A model generated the notes under the pieces. The model was not told the DNA's origin and searched no databases. It worked only from the letters and a program-made list of their open reading frames with translations. From Chthoniobacteraceae bacterium (GTDB taxonomy: Bacteria > Verrucomicrobiota > Verrucomicrobiia > Chthoniobacterales > Chthoniobacteraceae): a stretch of 64,000 nucleotides of DNA. Below, piece by piece: positions 47,559 through 56,721 of this stretch; position 1 is the first letter of the stretch; every line of letters starts with the position of its first letter. A program made the translations under genes and the position numbers. The stretch lies in assembly GCA_037189965.1 (NCBI GenBank), contig JBBCKB010000006.1, positions 13,926 to 77,925 on the forward strand, read 5' to 3'.

Positions 47559-50500
47559 ATGATGCGCTTTCTCCTATCGCTCCTGCTTTGTGCCCTCGCG
47601 CCCGTTTGGGCCAAGGGTAGCGACTTTGGCTACCGGGGGGGGAATCTGCTCGTGGGCGAGCGTGCCCTTGCCAAGCTTCGGGTTGCGCATGGTGGGGGGA
47701 GCATCCACCCGGTGGAAGGGGGCGAAGGTGTCCGGCTGGAGCGCCCCGCAGCCAACGGGGGTGCGACGTTTACGCTAACGATCCCGGTGGAAAAAGGGGC
47801 CGAGTACCTTCTGCGCTTCAAGGTGCGCTCCGAAGCCTCGGTGGTGGCGCGGCTGGGGGGCCTGACCATGGCGTACAACGACCTCGGGCAGTGGCAGACC
47901 GTCGCGGGGCTCTACCGGGCGACGGATTCGCTCGTCGTGCTGGAGCTGACACTCTCGGCGCTCGCCCCCGGGGGCGCGGCGGCGGCGGAGTTGCAGGGGC
48001 TTTCGATGGTGCGCGTGGAGCGCCCGGGGCGGATCGGGCGGCGCACCACTTCGGGCACGACGCCGCTGGTCGAGGGGGGCAAGGCGCAGGCGGCCATCGT
48101 GATCCCCGCCGGGCAGGCTCGTTATGTCGAGCTGGCGGCTTCCATTAACGAAGGGCTCCGCAAGCGCACGGGGGTCTCGCTCCCCGTGTTGACCGACCGC
48201 GAGGCAACCGCTGCCGACTACCCCACGCTCCTGCCCGAGCACCGGGGCAGGCATCTCATCGTACTGGGCCGTCTGGGGAATAACCGCGCTCTGTGGCCCG
48301 CTTACAACCATTTCCTGACGGCGGTGGATCGCTTCTACCCGGGGGGCGATGGCTACGCGCTCCACACCGCCGCCAATGTCGGCAACCGGGGTGGGAACCA
48401 CCTTGTCATCGGCGGCAGCTCCGACAAAGGGGTCGAGCGGGGGACGGAGCGCTTCCTCCAACAGCTGGCCAAGGCCGAGGCGGGGGAAGGGGGCCTCCGC
48501 CTCCCGTGGCTGCTGGAGACCGACCTGCAAGGGGCCTGCCTTGCCACCTTCCGCGAGGACGACGCGCTCTGGCGCAATGACCCGGAGAGCCCGCTCCTGC
48601 CCAAGCGCGAGCCCGGCTACGGCAACGTGGTGCGCTGGTACCACAACGCCATGGGATACTACCGGACAGGGTGGCCCTCCTACCGCGAGCGGGCGCGGGA
48701 AGATCTTGCGCGCGTCTTGCACGAGCGGGCTTACACGCACCACTACATCGCGGAGTTCTTCGTGCGCATTTTCGATATGCTTGATGAAAGCGGCACCCTC
48801 CCCCCTGAGCAGGTGGCGGCGGTGGATGCCCTTCTGCTGGAGAACTTCCTCGATGTGCAGACGCTCCACGAACTGCGGTGGATGACGACGTTTGCCCCGC
48901 CCTACGGGCAGATCGGCCTTACCAGCCGCCACCAGATCGCCCCGTGGATGGCCGACTGGAAGCTCGCCCAGTGGGTGAGCGGCACCCTCACCCCCGAAGG
49001 AGGGCTGCGCGACCTGGCAACCTTCCGCCGAGAGGAGAAGGAGCGGGCGCTGCGCAATTTCGTCGCCCACCGTAATAACCCGAGCCTCCCCGGCGGCGGG
49101 CTCGATGAGGTGTACGAGGAGGTCAACGCCAGCTTCTTTCGCTTCGCGCTGGAGAAAGAGCTCTATCGCGAATTCTTCGGTAGCGGCAATGCCCGCAAGG
49201 CGCTCGCCCTGGAGCGGGTGGACCACGTGAGCGGCCGCTTCGCCTACCCACCCCGAAGCCGCGATACGCGGCTGCCGCTCGGCATTCTGGCCTCGCTCAC
49301 CGGCGAGCCCGGGCTCTATTGGCTTTGGAAAAACCTCCCCGAAGAGAAGCGTCCCACCGGCTATTTCCAGAACCGCTACCTCGGCCCGGTGGGCCGGTAC
49401 AACCCCGAGCCCAAGCCTGGCCCGCCACCCGACGAGGGGGGCGGCATCGTCTTCGCCCCAGACCCGGTGAGCAACGCACCGCTGCGCGCCACCCGGGAGA
49501 ACTATTTTTTCCTCGCTCTGCGCGGCGGGTTTGGCCGTAAGGATGATTACCTCGCCCTCAATGGAGTGGAGGGGACGGCTCCTTCGGGCGCGGTCGTCTC
49601 GCTTATTGCCAATGGAGTGGCGTGGGTGCAGACGCGCCCGCGCAACGGGGCCAGCCGCTTCCACTCCAACACGGCCACCGCCGTTCGTGCTGACGGTGCA
49701 CTTTCGCGGGGCGGGGCCACCGTGTCGCGGTGCCTCTGGAGCGCGGATCTCCCCACCGGCAGGGCCGTGCGCCTGCGGCAGATGCTCTCCAGCGAGGTGG
49801 AGTGGACGCGCGATATCATCCGCCTGCGCAACGGGCTTTTTGTCTTTCGTGATGCCTTTACCGCGCAGCAGGCGGGCACTTACCTGCTCGGGGTCAACTG
49901 GGCGTTGCAGGGGCAGCTTTCGCGCGAGGATGGGGCATACCGTTTCAACGCGGGGGGCGGGCGGCTCCAGCTGCGAATGGGGGGAGCGGGGTTTGAAGCA
50001 ATGGAGTCGCAAGGGCCTCTGGGGCGGCACCTCCACTACCAGAGCTTGCGGCGGCTTGGGGTGGGCGAGTCTGCTGTGGCGTACACCGTGGTGGAAAGCC
50101 CGGGCGCGAAAGCGTTTGAGCCGGTGGCCTTCCCCGAGGGGGGTGGGGTTGTTATCGGCCCGGAGGCTGCGCCATGGCGGCTGGAGTGGGGAGGGCAAGC
50201 ACCGCTCTCTATCACTACCGCAGAGGCGACGGGGCACTACCCGGCATTGACTCCGGGCGGCATCCCTCGGGCGCCGGTAGCGAAGGCCAGCCTGCCCGGC
50301 GCAGGCGCGGGGGAGCTGCGCATCGGCATTACCTCTACCCCATGGCGCAAAGCGTGGAGCTACGGGGGGATGCTGCAACCGGCCCGCGTATCGTCGCTGA
50401 CCTTTGGCCCCGACGGCGTGGCCGACTTGGGGGAGCGCCTGGAGCTGGCAGAGATCCGCGCGCTTCCTTCGGGCGTGGAAATGTTGGAGGGGCGCTTGCC

Positions 50501-51911
50501 TCAAACCGTGCAAGCCGCAGATACGCCGGAGGGCGAGTGGCGCGAGCTCAAGGGCGAGCGCCGCTGGCGCCCCGGAGTGCGCACGGGCAACTACGGGGAA
50601 GCCCACCCCGTGGCGCGGCTCGATGAGGCGTTTTTCCCCCCGCGCGGGACGTTTGCACGCTACCTCAAGGCGGGGCCTGCGGCGTTGGTCTTTACCCATT
50701 CGCGGCAGGAAGCACGGCACCCGTTGCGGCTGGAGACGGGCGATTTTCTTTCCACCGGCGAGCCCCAAACGCTGGTGGTGAGCGATATTTTCCCTCAGTT
50801 CCCCCGCGCCTTCCGGCAGGATGATTTCTCGGTGGCTCTCCTCGATGCCCGCGGGAAGGCGCTTTTCCACAAAACCTTTACCCACCCGGTACAAGCGGCG
50901 CGCCTGCTCGACCGCGAGGGCAATGGGCAGAAGGAGCTATTTATCCTCCGAGCCGACGGCAAACTCGCGATCTACGGGCTGGATGGGGGGCTGCGCGCCG
51001 AGGCCGATCTCTACGCCATGCACCAGGAGTTTGCCGCCGCTTATCGGGAGCGCAAGACGCGCGTTCCGGCGGGGGGGCATGTGCTGCCGTTTTCCATCGG
51101 CCTTTGGCGCCCGGAGGGCGAAGGCGCGCGCGAGGTGGTGGTAGGCCGGTATGGCGGCTTTACCTTCCTCAACCCGGACTTATCCTTCAAAGGCGTACTC
51201 TACGCCGCAGGCTACGGAACGCCGGGGTTGCTGCCCGAGGGGGCCAACTTCGGGCGCGGCAAGGGCGAGGAGCAGGTGGTGGCCGAGCGGCAGCGGCTCT
51301 GGCTGCTTGGGGGGAGCGGCAAGCCGACCGCGCGCACCCCCGGTGGCCCGCAGTTCTGGAAGCAGGCGCACGAGGTGCTCCACAGCGTAACGGAAGGGCG
51401 CGACCAGGGGACGCCGCTCTCGGGCGCGCCGATCCTCCGCTTCGAGCTGCTTGCCGGGGTTTCGGAAACGCCCCGCTACGTGTTGCTCGCCCGGGGCGGG
51501 GCGCTCACGCTTTACGATGCGCAGCGGCAGGCGTTTGCGTATCGCTGGGCCTCGGGCGCGCCGATGAAGGGGGTGGCGATTCTGGAGCAAACAGCCACGT
51601 GCCTGCGCCTGCTGGTGGCCACGGCGGATTTCCTGCTTTGGGAGCTGGAGTGGCGCGAGGGCCTTGCCAAGCCGCCGCGCGTCCATACCCGCCTCTTTCC
51701 CGCGCCGGTTTCCTCGCTTTGCGAAGGGGGCGGGGGGAGCGCGCTGCTGGCCGGGCCGGAGGGGCTCTACCGGATTTCGCCACAGGGCGAAGCCACGCAG
51801 ATCGCCGAGGGGGCCTACCGCACGGTGGCCCCGCTGCGCACGGGCTCGCAAGAGGAAGTGGTGGCGGCGACGGAGCTTGGCGAGGTGATCTCCCTCAGAC
51901 CAGCACGCTGA
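47559..51911 (+). CDS. Large secreted multidomain hypothetical protein (about 1450 aa)
   Basis: Signal peptide MMRFLLSLLLCALAPVWA. The long ORF has a consistent GC3-rich coding pattern. The domain guesses given in the findings are recall-based only. Confidence 0.7.
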   Translation: MMRFLLSLLLCALAPVWAKGSDFGYRGGNLLVGERALAKLRVAHGGGSIHPVEGGEGVRLERPAANGGATFTLTIPVEKGAEYLLRFKVRSEASVVARLGGLTMAYNDLGQWQTVAGLYRATDSLVVLELTLSALAPGGAAAAELQGLSMVRVERPGRIGRRTTSGTTPLVEGGKAQAAIVIPAGQARYVELAASINEGLRKRTGVSLPVLTDREATAADYPTLLPEHRGRHLIVLGRLGNNRALWPAYNHFLTAVDRFYPGGDGYALHTAANVGNRGGNHLVIGGSSDKGVERGTERFLQQLAKAEAGEGGLRLPWLLETDLQGACLATFREDDALWRNDPESPLLPKREPGYGNVVRWYHNAMGYYRTGWPSYRERAREDLARVLHERAYTHHYIAEFFVRIFDMLDESGTLPPEQVAAVDALLLENFLDVQTLHELRWMTTFAPPYGQIGLTSRHQIAPWMADWKLAQWVSGTLTPEGGLRDLATFRREEKERALRNFVAHRNNPSLPGGGLDEVYEEVNASFFRFALEKELYREFFGSGNARKALALERVDHVSGRFAYPPRSRDTRLPLGILASLTGEPGLYWLWKNLPEEKRPTGYFQNRYLGPVGRYNPEPKPGPPPDEGGGIVFAPDPVSNAPLRATRENYFFLALRGGFGRKDDYLALNGVEGTAPSGAVVSLIANGVAWVQTRPRNGASRFHSNTATAVRADGALSRGGATVSRCLWSADLPTGRAVRLRQMLSSEVEWTRDIIRLRNGLFVFRDAFTAQQAGTYLLGVNWALQGQLSREDGAYRFNAGGGRLQLRMGGAGFEAMESQGPLGRHLHYQSLRRLGVGESAVAYTVVESPGAKAFEPVAFPEGGGVVIGPEAAPWRLEWGGQAPLSITTAEATGHYPALTPGGIPRAPVAKASLPGAGAGELRIGITSTPWRKAWSYGGMLQPARVSSLTFGPDGVADLGERLELAEIRALPSGVEMLEGRLPQTVQAADTPEGEWRELKGERRWRPGVRTGNYGEAHPVARLDEAFFPPRGTFARYLKAGPAALVFTHSRQEARHPLRLETGDFLSTGEPQTLVVSDIFPQFPRAFRQDDFSVALLDARGKALFHKTFTHPVQAARLLDREGNGQKELFILRADGKLAIYGLDGGLRAEADLYAMHQEFAAAYRERKTRVPAGGHVLPFSIGLWRPEGEGAREVVVGRYGGFTFLNPDLSFKGVLYAAGYGTPGLLPEGANFGRGKGEEQVVAERQRLWLLGGSGKPTARTPGGPQFWKQAHEVLHSVTEGRDQGTPLSGAPILRFELLAGVSETPRYVLLARGGALTLYDAQRQAFAYRWASGAPMKGVAILEQTATCLRLLVATADFLLWELEWREGLAKPPRVHTRLFPAPVSSLCEGGGGSALLAGPEGLYRISPQGEATQIAEGAYRTVAPLRTGSQEEVVAATELGEVISLRPAR

Positions 51912-53013
51912 TGGGCGCAGGGACCGCCGCTTGTTGCCGGGTGATCCACCCGCCGCCGACGGCGCGGTCTCCCTGGTAGCAGACGGCCGCTTGCCCGGGG
52001 GTGACGGCGCGCTGCGGCTCGTGGAGCCGGACGCGCGCTTCGCCATTGGGGAGCGGGGTGACGGTGGCGTCTGCCCCCGGATGGGCGTAGCGGATTTTGA
52101 CGTTTACCTCAAACGGCTCTTGCGGGTTGTCCTCATGGTGCCAGTTGCAATGGTCCATAAGGAACGATTCGGTAACCAGGTCTTCCGCTTCGCCAACGAT
52201 GACGCGGTGCGTTTCGGGGTCGATATCGACCACATACATCGGCCGGGGCGAGCCGCCGGGCAGCCCTTTGCGCTGGCCGATGGTGAAAAGCTCGATGCCG
52301 CCATGCTCAGCGAGGCGGTTGCCCGCTTTGTCGTAGATGCCGCCGGGGTGGAAGCTGCCGGGCTCCATGTGGCCTTTGAGAAAGGCTTTATAGTCGTTCC
52401 CGGGGACGAAGCAGATCTCCTGGCTCTCGACCTTGTCGGCGACTTTAAGGCCAAGCTCGCGGGCGATGGCGCGGATCTCGGGCTTCTCCATCCCCCCCAG
52501 TGGGGTGAGCGCCCGGCGAAGCTGCTCCTGCCGGAGGCTGAAGAGGAAATACGACTGGTCTTTGCGCGCATCTCTCCCCTTGCGGAGGATGGAGCGCTCG
52601 GGCCCGTGGTCGATAATGGCGTAGTGCCCCGTGGCGATGTACTCTGCCCCGAGCGAGCGGGCCTTGGCCCAGAGGTTGCCGAACTTGACCTTCTCGTTGC
52701 ACATGACGCACGGGTTGGGCGTGCGCCCGGCCTGGTACTCGGCGGTGAAGTAGTCGATCACCGTTTTTTCAAACGAGACGGCTTCATCCACCACATAGTG
52801 CGGGATGCCGATGCGGTGGGCGACGCCGCGCGCATCTGCAATGGCGGAGGGGCCACAGCATTTGTCTTCCGCACGCGACATGCAATCCTGCGGCCAGACC
52901 TTCATCGTCACCCCCACAACGTCGTACCCCTGCTCTTTAAGCAGGTACGCGGCGACGGAGGAATCGACGCCGCCACTCATTCCGAGGACGACGCGCGGCA
53001 GGTTGGCACTCAT
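51895..53013 (-). CDS. mnmA: tRNA 2-thiouridine(34) synthase
   Basis: VVLGMSGGVDSSVAAYLL PP-loop, CCGPS, GHYA, C-terminal beta-barrel. ATG at 53013. Confidence 0.92.
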   Translation of the reverse strand: MSANLPRVVLGMSGGVDSSVAAYLLKEQGYDVVGVTMKVWPQDCMSRAEDKCCGPSAIADARGVAHRIGIPHYVVDEAVSFEKTVIDYFTAEYQAGRTPNPCVMCNEKVKFGNLWAKARSLGAEYIATGHYAIIDHGPERSILRKGRDARKDQSYFLFSLRQEQLRRALTPLGGMEKPEIRAIARELGLKVADKVESQEICFVPGNDYKAFLKGHMEPGSFHPGGIYDKAGNRLAEHGGIELFTIGQRKGLPGGSPRPMYVVDIDPETHRVIVGEAEDLVTESFLMDHCNWHHEDNPQEPFEVNVKIRYAHPGADATVTPLPNGEARVRLHEPQRAVTPGQAAVCYQGDRAVGGGWITRQQAAVPAPISVLV

Positions 53014-53035
53014 AAAAAAGGGGGCCAACATACCC

Positions 53036-53065
53036 CCGCTTTGCGACCGAGGCAAAGCGGTTTTT
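53036..53065 (+). terminator. Plus-strand intrinsic-terminator-like hairpin between two minus-strand genes
   Basis: CCGCTTTGC-gaccgag-GCAAAGCGG followed by TTTTT. A second hairpin, GGGGG-ccaacata-CCCCC (53020-37), reads as stem plus T6 on the minus strand. Confidence 0.45.
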
Positions 53066-53076
53066 CGCGGGTGGGC

Positions 53077-53982
53077 CTACTCCTGCGGCGCGAGGGCGGC
53101 GCGTACCAGCTCGATCCAGCTCGCTTCGGCGGGGTTGGGGATGGCCCCTTTGAGCTGGTAGTAGCCGAAGTCCATCGGCATTTTCGGTAGGATGCGGCGC
53201 ACCACGGCCTCGGGCCGCCGCGCCCAGCGGGCAAGGTACCCGGGTACCACGGCCACGCCGAGCCCGGCAGTGGCAAGGGCGACAAGGGTGACGGTGTTGG
53301 TCGTGCGGACGCCGACACGCGGGTCCCCCTGGAGCATCTGCCGGGGGATGCCCGCCTTGCGCAGCTCGGCCTCCACGCCGCCCGCGTAGAGGTGGGTGAG
53401 GAGCGGCTCGCGGCCGACGACATCGGCCAGCCGCAACCGGCGCGTCCCTTTGGCCAGCCGATGCTGGACGGGGACGACGAGGACCAGCTCATCCTTCAAC
53501 AGCGGGGTGAAGTGGAGGTCGATATCATTCACGTAGCTGGGCCCGAAGCTCACGCGCAGCTCGCCCTGCCGAAGCCGCTCGACTTGCTCGCGGATGGAGA
53601 GCTCGTGGAGGATCACCTCGATCTGCGGGTGCCGCCGCCGGTACTCGGCCACCACGGGGGGGAGCTGCGTTTGCGCAAACACGGTGCCGCAGCCGACGCG
53701 CAGGTAGCCGGAGATCTGCCTGCTGCTTGGGGCCGGGGCGGCGAGGCGCAGGTTTTCCATGCCGCGAATGAGCGCCTCCACCCGGGGCAGGAGCCGGTGT
53801 GCCTCCGGGGTGGGTTGCACGCGGCGGCCCACGCGGGCAAAGAGCCGCTGCCCAAGCTCGGCCTCCAGCGCGCGGATCTGTTTGGTGACGGCGGGCTGGC
53901 TCAAAAAGAGGCGCTCTGCCGCCACGGAGACGGAGCCGGAGGCGATGACTTCGGCAACGGCGCGGAGTTGGGCAATCGTCAT
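53077..53982 (-). CDS. LysR-family transcriptional regulator
   Basis: MTIAQLRAVAEVIASGSVSVAAERLFLSQPAVTKQIRALEAELG HTH. 301 aa. Confidence 0.88.
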   Translation of the reverse strand: MTIAQLRAVAEVIASGSVSVAAERLFLSQPAVTKQIRALEAELGQRLFARVGRRVQPTPEAHRLLPRVEALIRGMENLRLAAPAPSSRQISGYLRVGCGTVFAQTQLPPVVAEYRRRHPQIEVILHELSIREQVERLRQGELRVSFGPSYVNDIDLHFTPLLKDELVLVVPVQHRLAKGTRRLRLADVVGREPLLTHLYAGGVEAELRKAGIPRQMLQGDPRVGVRTTNTVTLVALATAGLGVAVVPGYLARWARRPEAVVRRILPKMPMDFGYYQLKGAIPNPAEASWIELVRAALAPQE

Positions 53983-53996
53983 GAGGTTGGCATTCT

Positions 53997-54011
53997 ATTC
54001 CATTATGGAAT
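53997..54011. promoter_or_regulatory. LysR-type T-N11-A operator candidate (perfect 15-bp palindrome)
   Basis: ATTCCAT-T-ATGGAAT, 15 nt upstream of the lysR start, in the divergent lysR/MFS spacer. Confidence 0.55.
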
Positions 54012-54122
54012 GAATCGGGAGAGAAAGTTTCATTAGTCGTGGAGGGAGATCCCCGTTACGAAGGAAGGCGACATGAGACTTTCTTTCGCGCCCGGGAGTT
54101 GTTACCGGGTGCTTGCCTGAAC

Positions 54123-55412
54123 ATGAAGGTGGCTTCCTCCGGCGTACCGCCGGATGCGGCGGTGGCCCGGGTGCTCCCCGGGCGGCTGTTGGAGCCTTTG
54201 GAAAAGCCGCTCTTTCGCGCGTTGTGGATCGCGTCGATGGTATCCAACATCGGCACGCAGATGCAGCAAGCCGGGGCGGCATGGCAGATGACATTTCTCT
54301 CCGCCTCGCCGTTGTTGCTTGGGCTGGTTTCGCTCATGACGTATGCGCCGACGCTCCTTTTCTCCCCCGTGGCGGGGGTGGTGACAGACCTTTCCGACCG
54401 CCGCCGCCTGCTACTTACCACTCAGGCCATGCTCTGGGTGCTCGCCATGGCGCTGGCATTGGTGACGTACTTTGGTGCGCTGACTCCCTTCATGTTGCTG
54501 ACGCTGGTGGGGGCGATGGGGCTCGTCACGGTCTTCAACGGCAACTGCTGGCACACTGTGGTGCAGGAGATCGTGCCGCGCGAGCAGCTGAGCCAGGCGG
54601 TGTCGCTCAATGCGATCAGCATCAACAGCGCGCGCAGCATTGGCCCGGCGCTGGGCGGTGTCTTCATTGCATGGCTGGGTACGGAGGCGGTGTTCTTTCT
54701 GAATGCGTTTTCGTTTATGGGGACGATCGTGGTGGTTTACCGCTGGCGTGGGGAGCACTTGCCGCCTCGCCCGGAGAAGCGCGAGGCCATGCTCGGGGCG
54801 ATGAAGGAGGGGGCGCGCTACGTGGTTCACCGGCCGTTGCTGGTCTGGCTCCTTTTCCGCCACCTTTGTGCGATAGCCGGTGGCTTTTCGGTAATGACGC
54901 TCCTGCCTTTGCTGGCGCGGGGGCGGCTGCATCTGGAGGCGGAGGGGTATGGGTTTCTTTCGGCAGCTTACGGCGTGGGCGCGGTTGTCGCAGCGGTGAG
55001 CGCGCATGCGATCTCCTCTCGCTGGGGCTTGCGGGTGACAACGCGCGTGGCGCTTTGCTTGCTGGTGGGCACGCTCTTTGGCCTCGTGTTTGCCACGCAC
55101 GCGCGCGTGGTGGCGGGGCTCCTGTTTTTCAATGGACTTTGCCTGACGTTCACGGCGATCAACCACGGCGTGCGGGTGCGGATGAGTATTGCCCCCTCCA
55201 TGGTGGGGCGGGTCTTCGCCTACTACGCAATGATGGGGCTGGGAGGCATGGCCCTGAGCGGGTTGATCTTCGGCTCGCTTGCCGCATGGGCAGGGGTGCC
55301 CTCGGCTATCTTGGGGGCCACGGCGCTGGTGCTGGTAGCGCTATGGGTGGCCCTGCGCCACCCGATGCCGCAAGTCTACCGCCCGGAAGCCGAGGTGGCC
55401 ACCGGGCAGTAA
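54123..55412 (+). CDS. MFS transporter (MFS_3 / EntS-like)
   Basis: FRALWIASMVSNIGTQMQQAGAAW N-terminus typical of this subfamily, 12-TM pattern. ATG 54123. Confidence 0.8.
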   Translation: MKVASSGVPPDAAVARVLPGRLLEPLEKPLFRALWIASMVSNIGTQMQQAGAAWQMTFLSASPLLLGLVSLMTYAPTLLFSPVAGVVTDLSDRRRLLLTTQAMLWVLAMALALVTYFGALTPFMLLTLVGAMGLVTVFNGNCWHTVVQEIVPREQLSQAVSLNAISINSARSIGPALGGVFIAWLGTEAVFFLNAFSFMGTIVVVYRWRGEHLPPRPEKREAMLGAMKEGARYVVHRPLLVWLLFRHLCAIAGGFSVMTLLPLLARGRLHLEAEGYGFLSAAYGVGAVVAAVSAHAISSRWGLRVTTRVALCLLVGTLFGLVFATHARVVAGLLFFNGLCLTFTAINHGVRVRMSIAPSMVGRVFAYYAMMGLGGMALSGLIFGSLAAWAGVPSAILGATALVLVALWVALRHPMPQVYRPEAEVATGQ

Positions 55413-55487
55413 GTAGGGGTGGAAATCTGTGCAAATCGTCCACTTGGTGGTTGATTTTCAGCCACTTGATAATGGATATTCACAAGG

Positions 55488-56714
55488 ATGTGGAGGCGTA
55501 ACCTTACCTCGGATCTTGCGGCTGCGCTTGGAGATAGCCCGGTGGTGCTGATCAATGGAGCGCGGCAAGTCGGCAAAAGCACGTTGGCCCGCGAATTGGT
55601 CGACCCTGGGGAGCGAGGGTATTTTACGTTGGATGACGCGACGGTTCTTTCCGCTGCGGCTTCAGCACCGCTCTCCTTTCTTGAGCAGTCGGTAGGGAGA
55701 GTGGTGATTGACGAAGTCCAGCGGGCCCCCGAGTTGTTTCTGGCGATCAAAAAGCTGGTAGATGAGGACCGGAGACCGGGCCGCTTTCTGCTTACGGGCT
55801 CTGCCAATGCATTGACCTTGCCAAAGATCGCCGACTCCTTGGCCGGGCGGATGGAAATCCAAACGCTTTGGCCGTTATCGCAAGGGGAGATTGAAGGGCG
55901 GTGCGAAAGCTTTATCGACGCCTGCTTTGCAACCGGGCCGATGCCTGAGGTAGAGGGCGTGGTTTGGGACGACCTTACGCGACGGCTTTACTATGGAGGC
56001 TACCCGGAGGTGTTGACGCGGTTGGAGCCCCGGCGGGTGGATGCCTGGTTTCGTGCGTACCTGACTGCGATATTGGAGCGCGATATTCGCGATTTGGCCA
56101 ACATCGAAGGCCTTCGCGAGTTGCCCAACCTGCTTCGGCTGCTGGCAACCCGGGCAGGGGGGCTTCTGAGCTATGCGGAGCTTTCCCGCATTGGCAAGGT
56201 ACCCAATACGACCTTGAAGCGCTACATCGCCTTGCTTGAAGCCGTGTTCCTTTTTATCCCGCTTCCGGCGTGGTTCCGCAATGAAGAGAAGCGGCTTGTC
56301 AAAGCTCCCAAGGCGTACCTCAACGATACGGGGCTATTGATGCACTTGCGCGGGCTAAACCCCGAGCGTTTGAATGACCACATGCTGGCTGGGCCCGTGG
56401 TGGAAAACTTTGTCGTCATGGAGCTGGCCAAACAACGCGGGTGGAGCCGGACGCTGCCCACGTTGTACCACTTCCGGACGGCCGTAGGTAAGGAAGTCGA
56501 CGTGGTGCTGGAAGCGCCGGATGGGCGGCTGGTGGGCGTGGAGGTTAAATCCACCAGCGAAGCGAGCACGAGGGACTTCGCCGGCCTCAAAGAGCTGGCG
56601 AAGCTTGAGCCGGAGCGGTTCCACCGGGGAGTTGTACTCTATACCGGTGAGAAAACCGTCTCCTTTGGGGCAAACCTGACGGCGATGCCCCTCTCTGCCC
56701 TCTGGCGGGTGTAG
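55488..56714 (+). CDS. AAA-type ATPase with DUF4143 C-terminal domain
   Basis: VLINGARQVGKSTLAREL Walker A, IDEVQRAPELF Walker B, C-terminal PTLYHFRTAVGKEVDVVLE pattern. Confidence 0.75.
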   Translation: MWRRNLTSDLAAALGDSPVVLINGARQVGKSTLARELVDPGERGYFTLDDATVLSAAASAPLSFLEQSVGRVVIDEVQRAPELFLAIKKLVDEDRRPGRFLLTGSANALTLPKIADSLAGRMEIQTLWPLSQGEIEGRCESFIDACFATGPMPEVEGVVWDDLTRRLYYGGYPEVLTRLEPRRVDAWFRAYLTAILERDIRDLANIEGLRELPNLLRLLATRAGGLLSYAELSRIGKVPNTTLKRYIALLEAVFLFIPLPAWFRNEEKRLVKAPKAYLNDTGLLMHLRGLNPERLNDHMLAGPVVENFVVMELAKQRGWSRTLPTLYHFRTAVGKEVDVVLEAPDGRLVGVEVKSTSEASTRDFAGLKELAKLEPERFHRGVVLYTGEKTVSFGANLTAMPLSALWRV

Positions 56715-56721
56715 CCTCCGG

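Noticed and set aside
47775-50894. Very long ORFs antisense to or out of frame with real genes. Examples: 47775-50894(-) 1039 aa, 1524-3992(-), 9882-11930(-), 12063-14102(-), 18453-21008(-), 38818-40887(+), 60453-62132(-), and the upper part of 25198-27000(-).
   Set aside because: They overlap genes with unambiguous conserved motifs on the other strand or frame. Their translations are Arg/Gly/Pro/Ala-rich low-complexity sequence, typical of stop-poor shadow frames in GC-rich DNA. None carries a recognisable motif.
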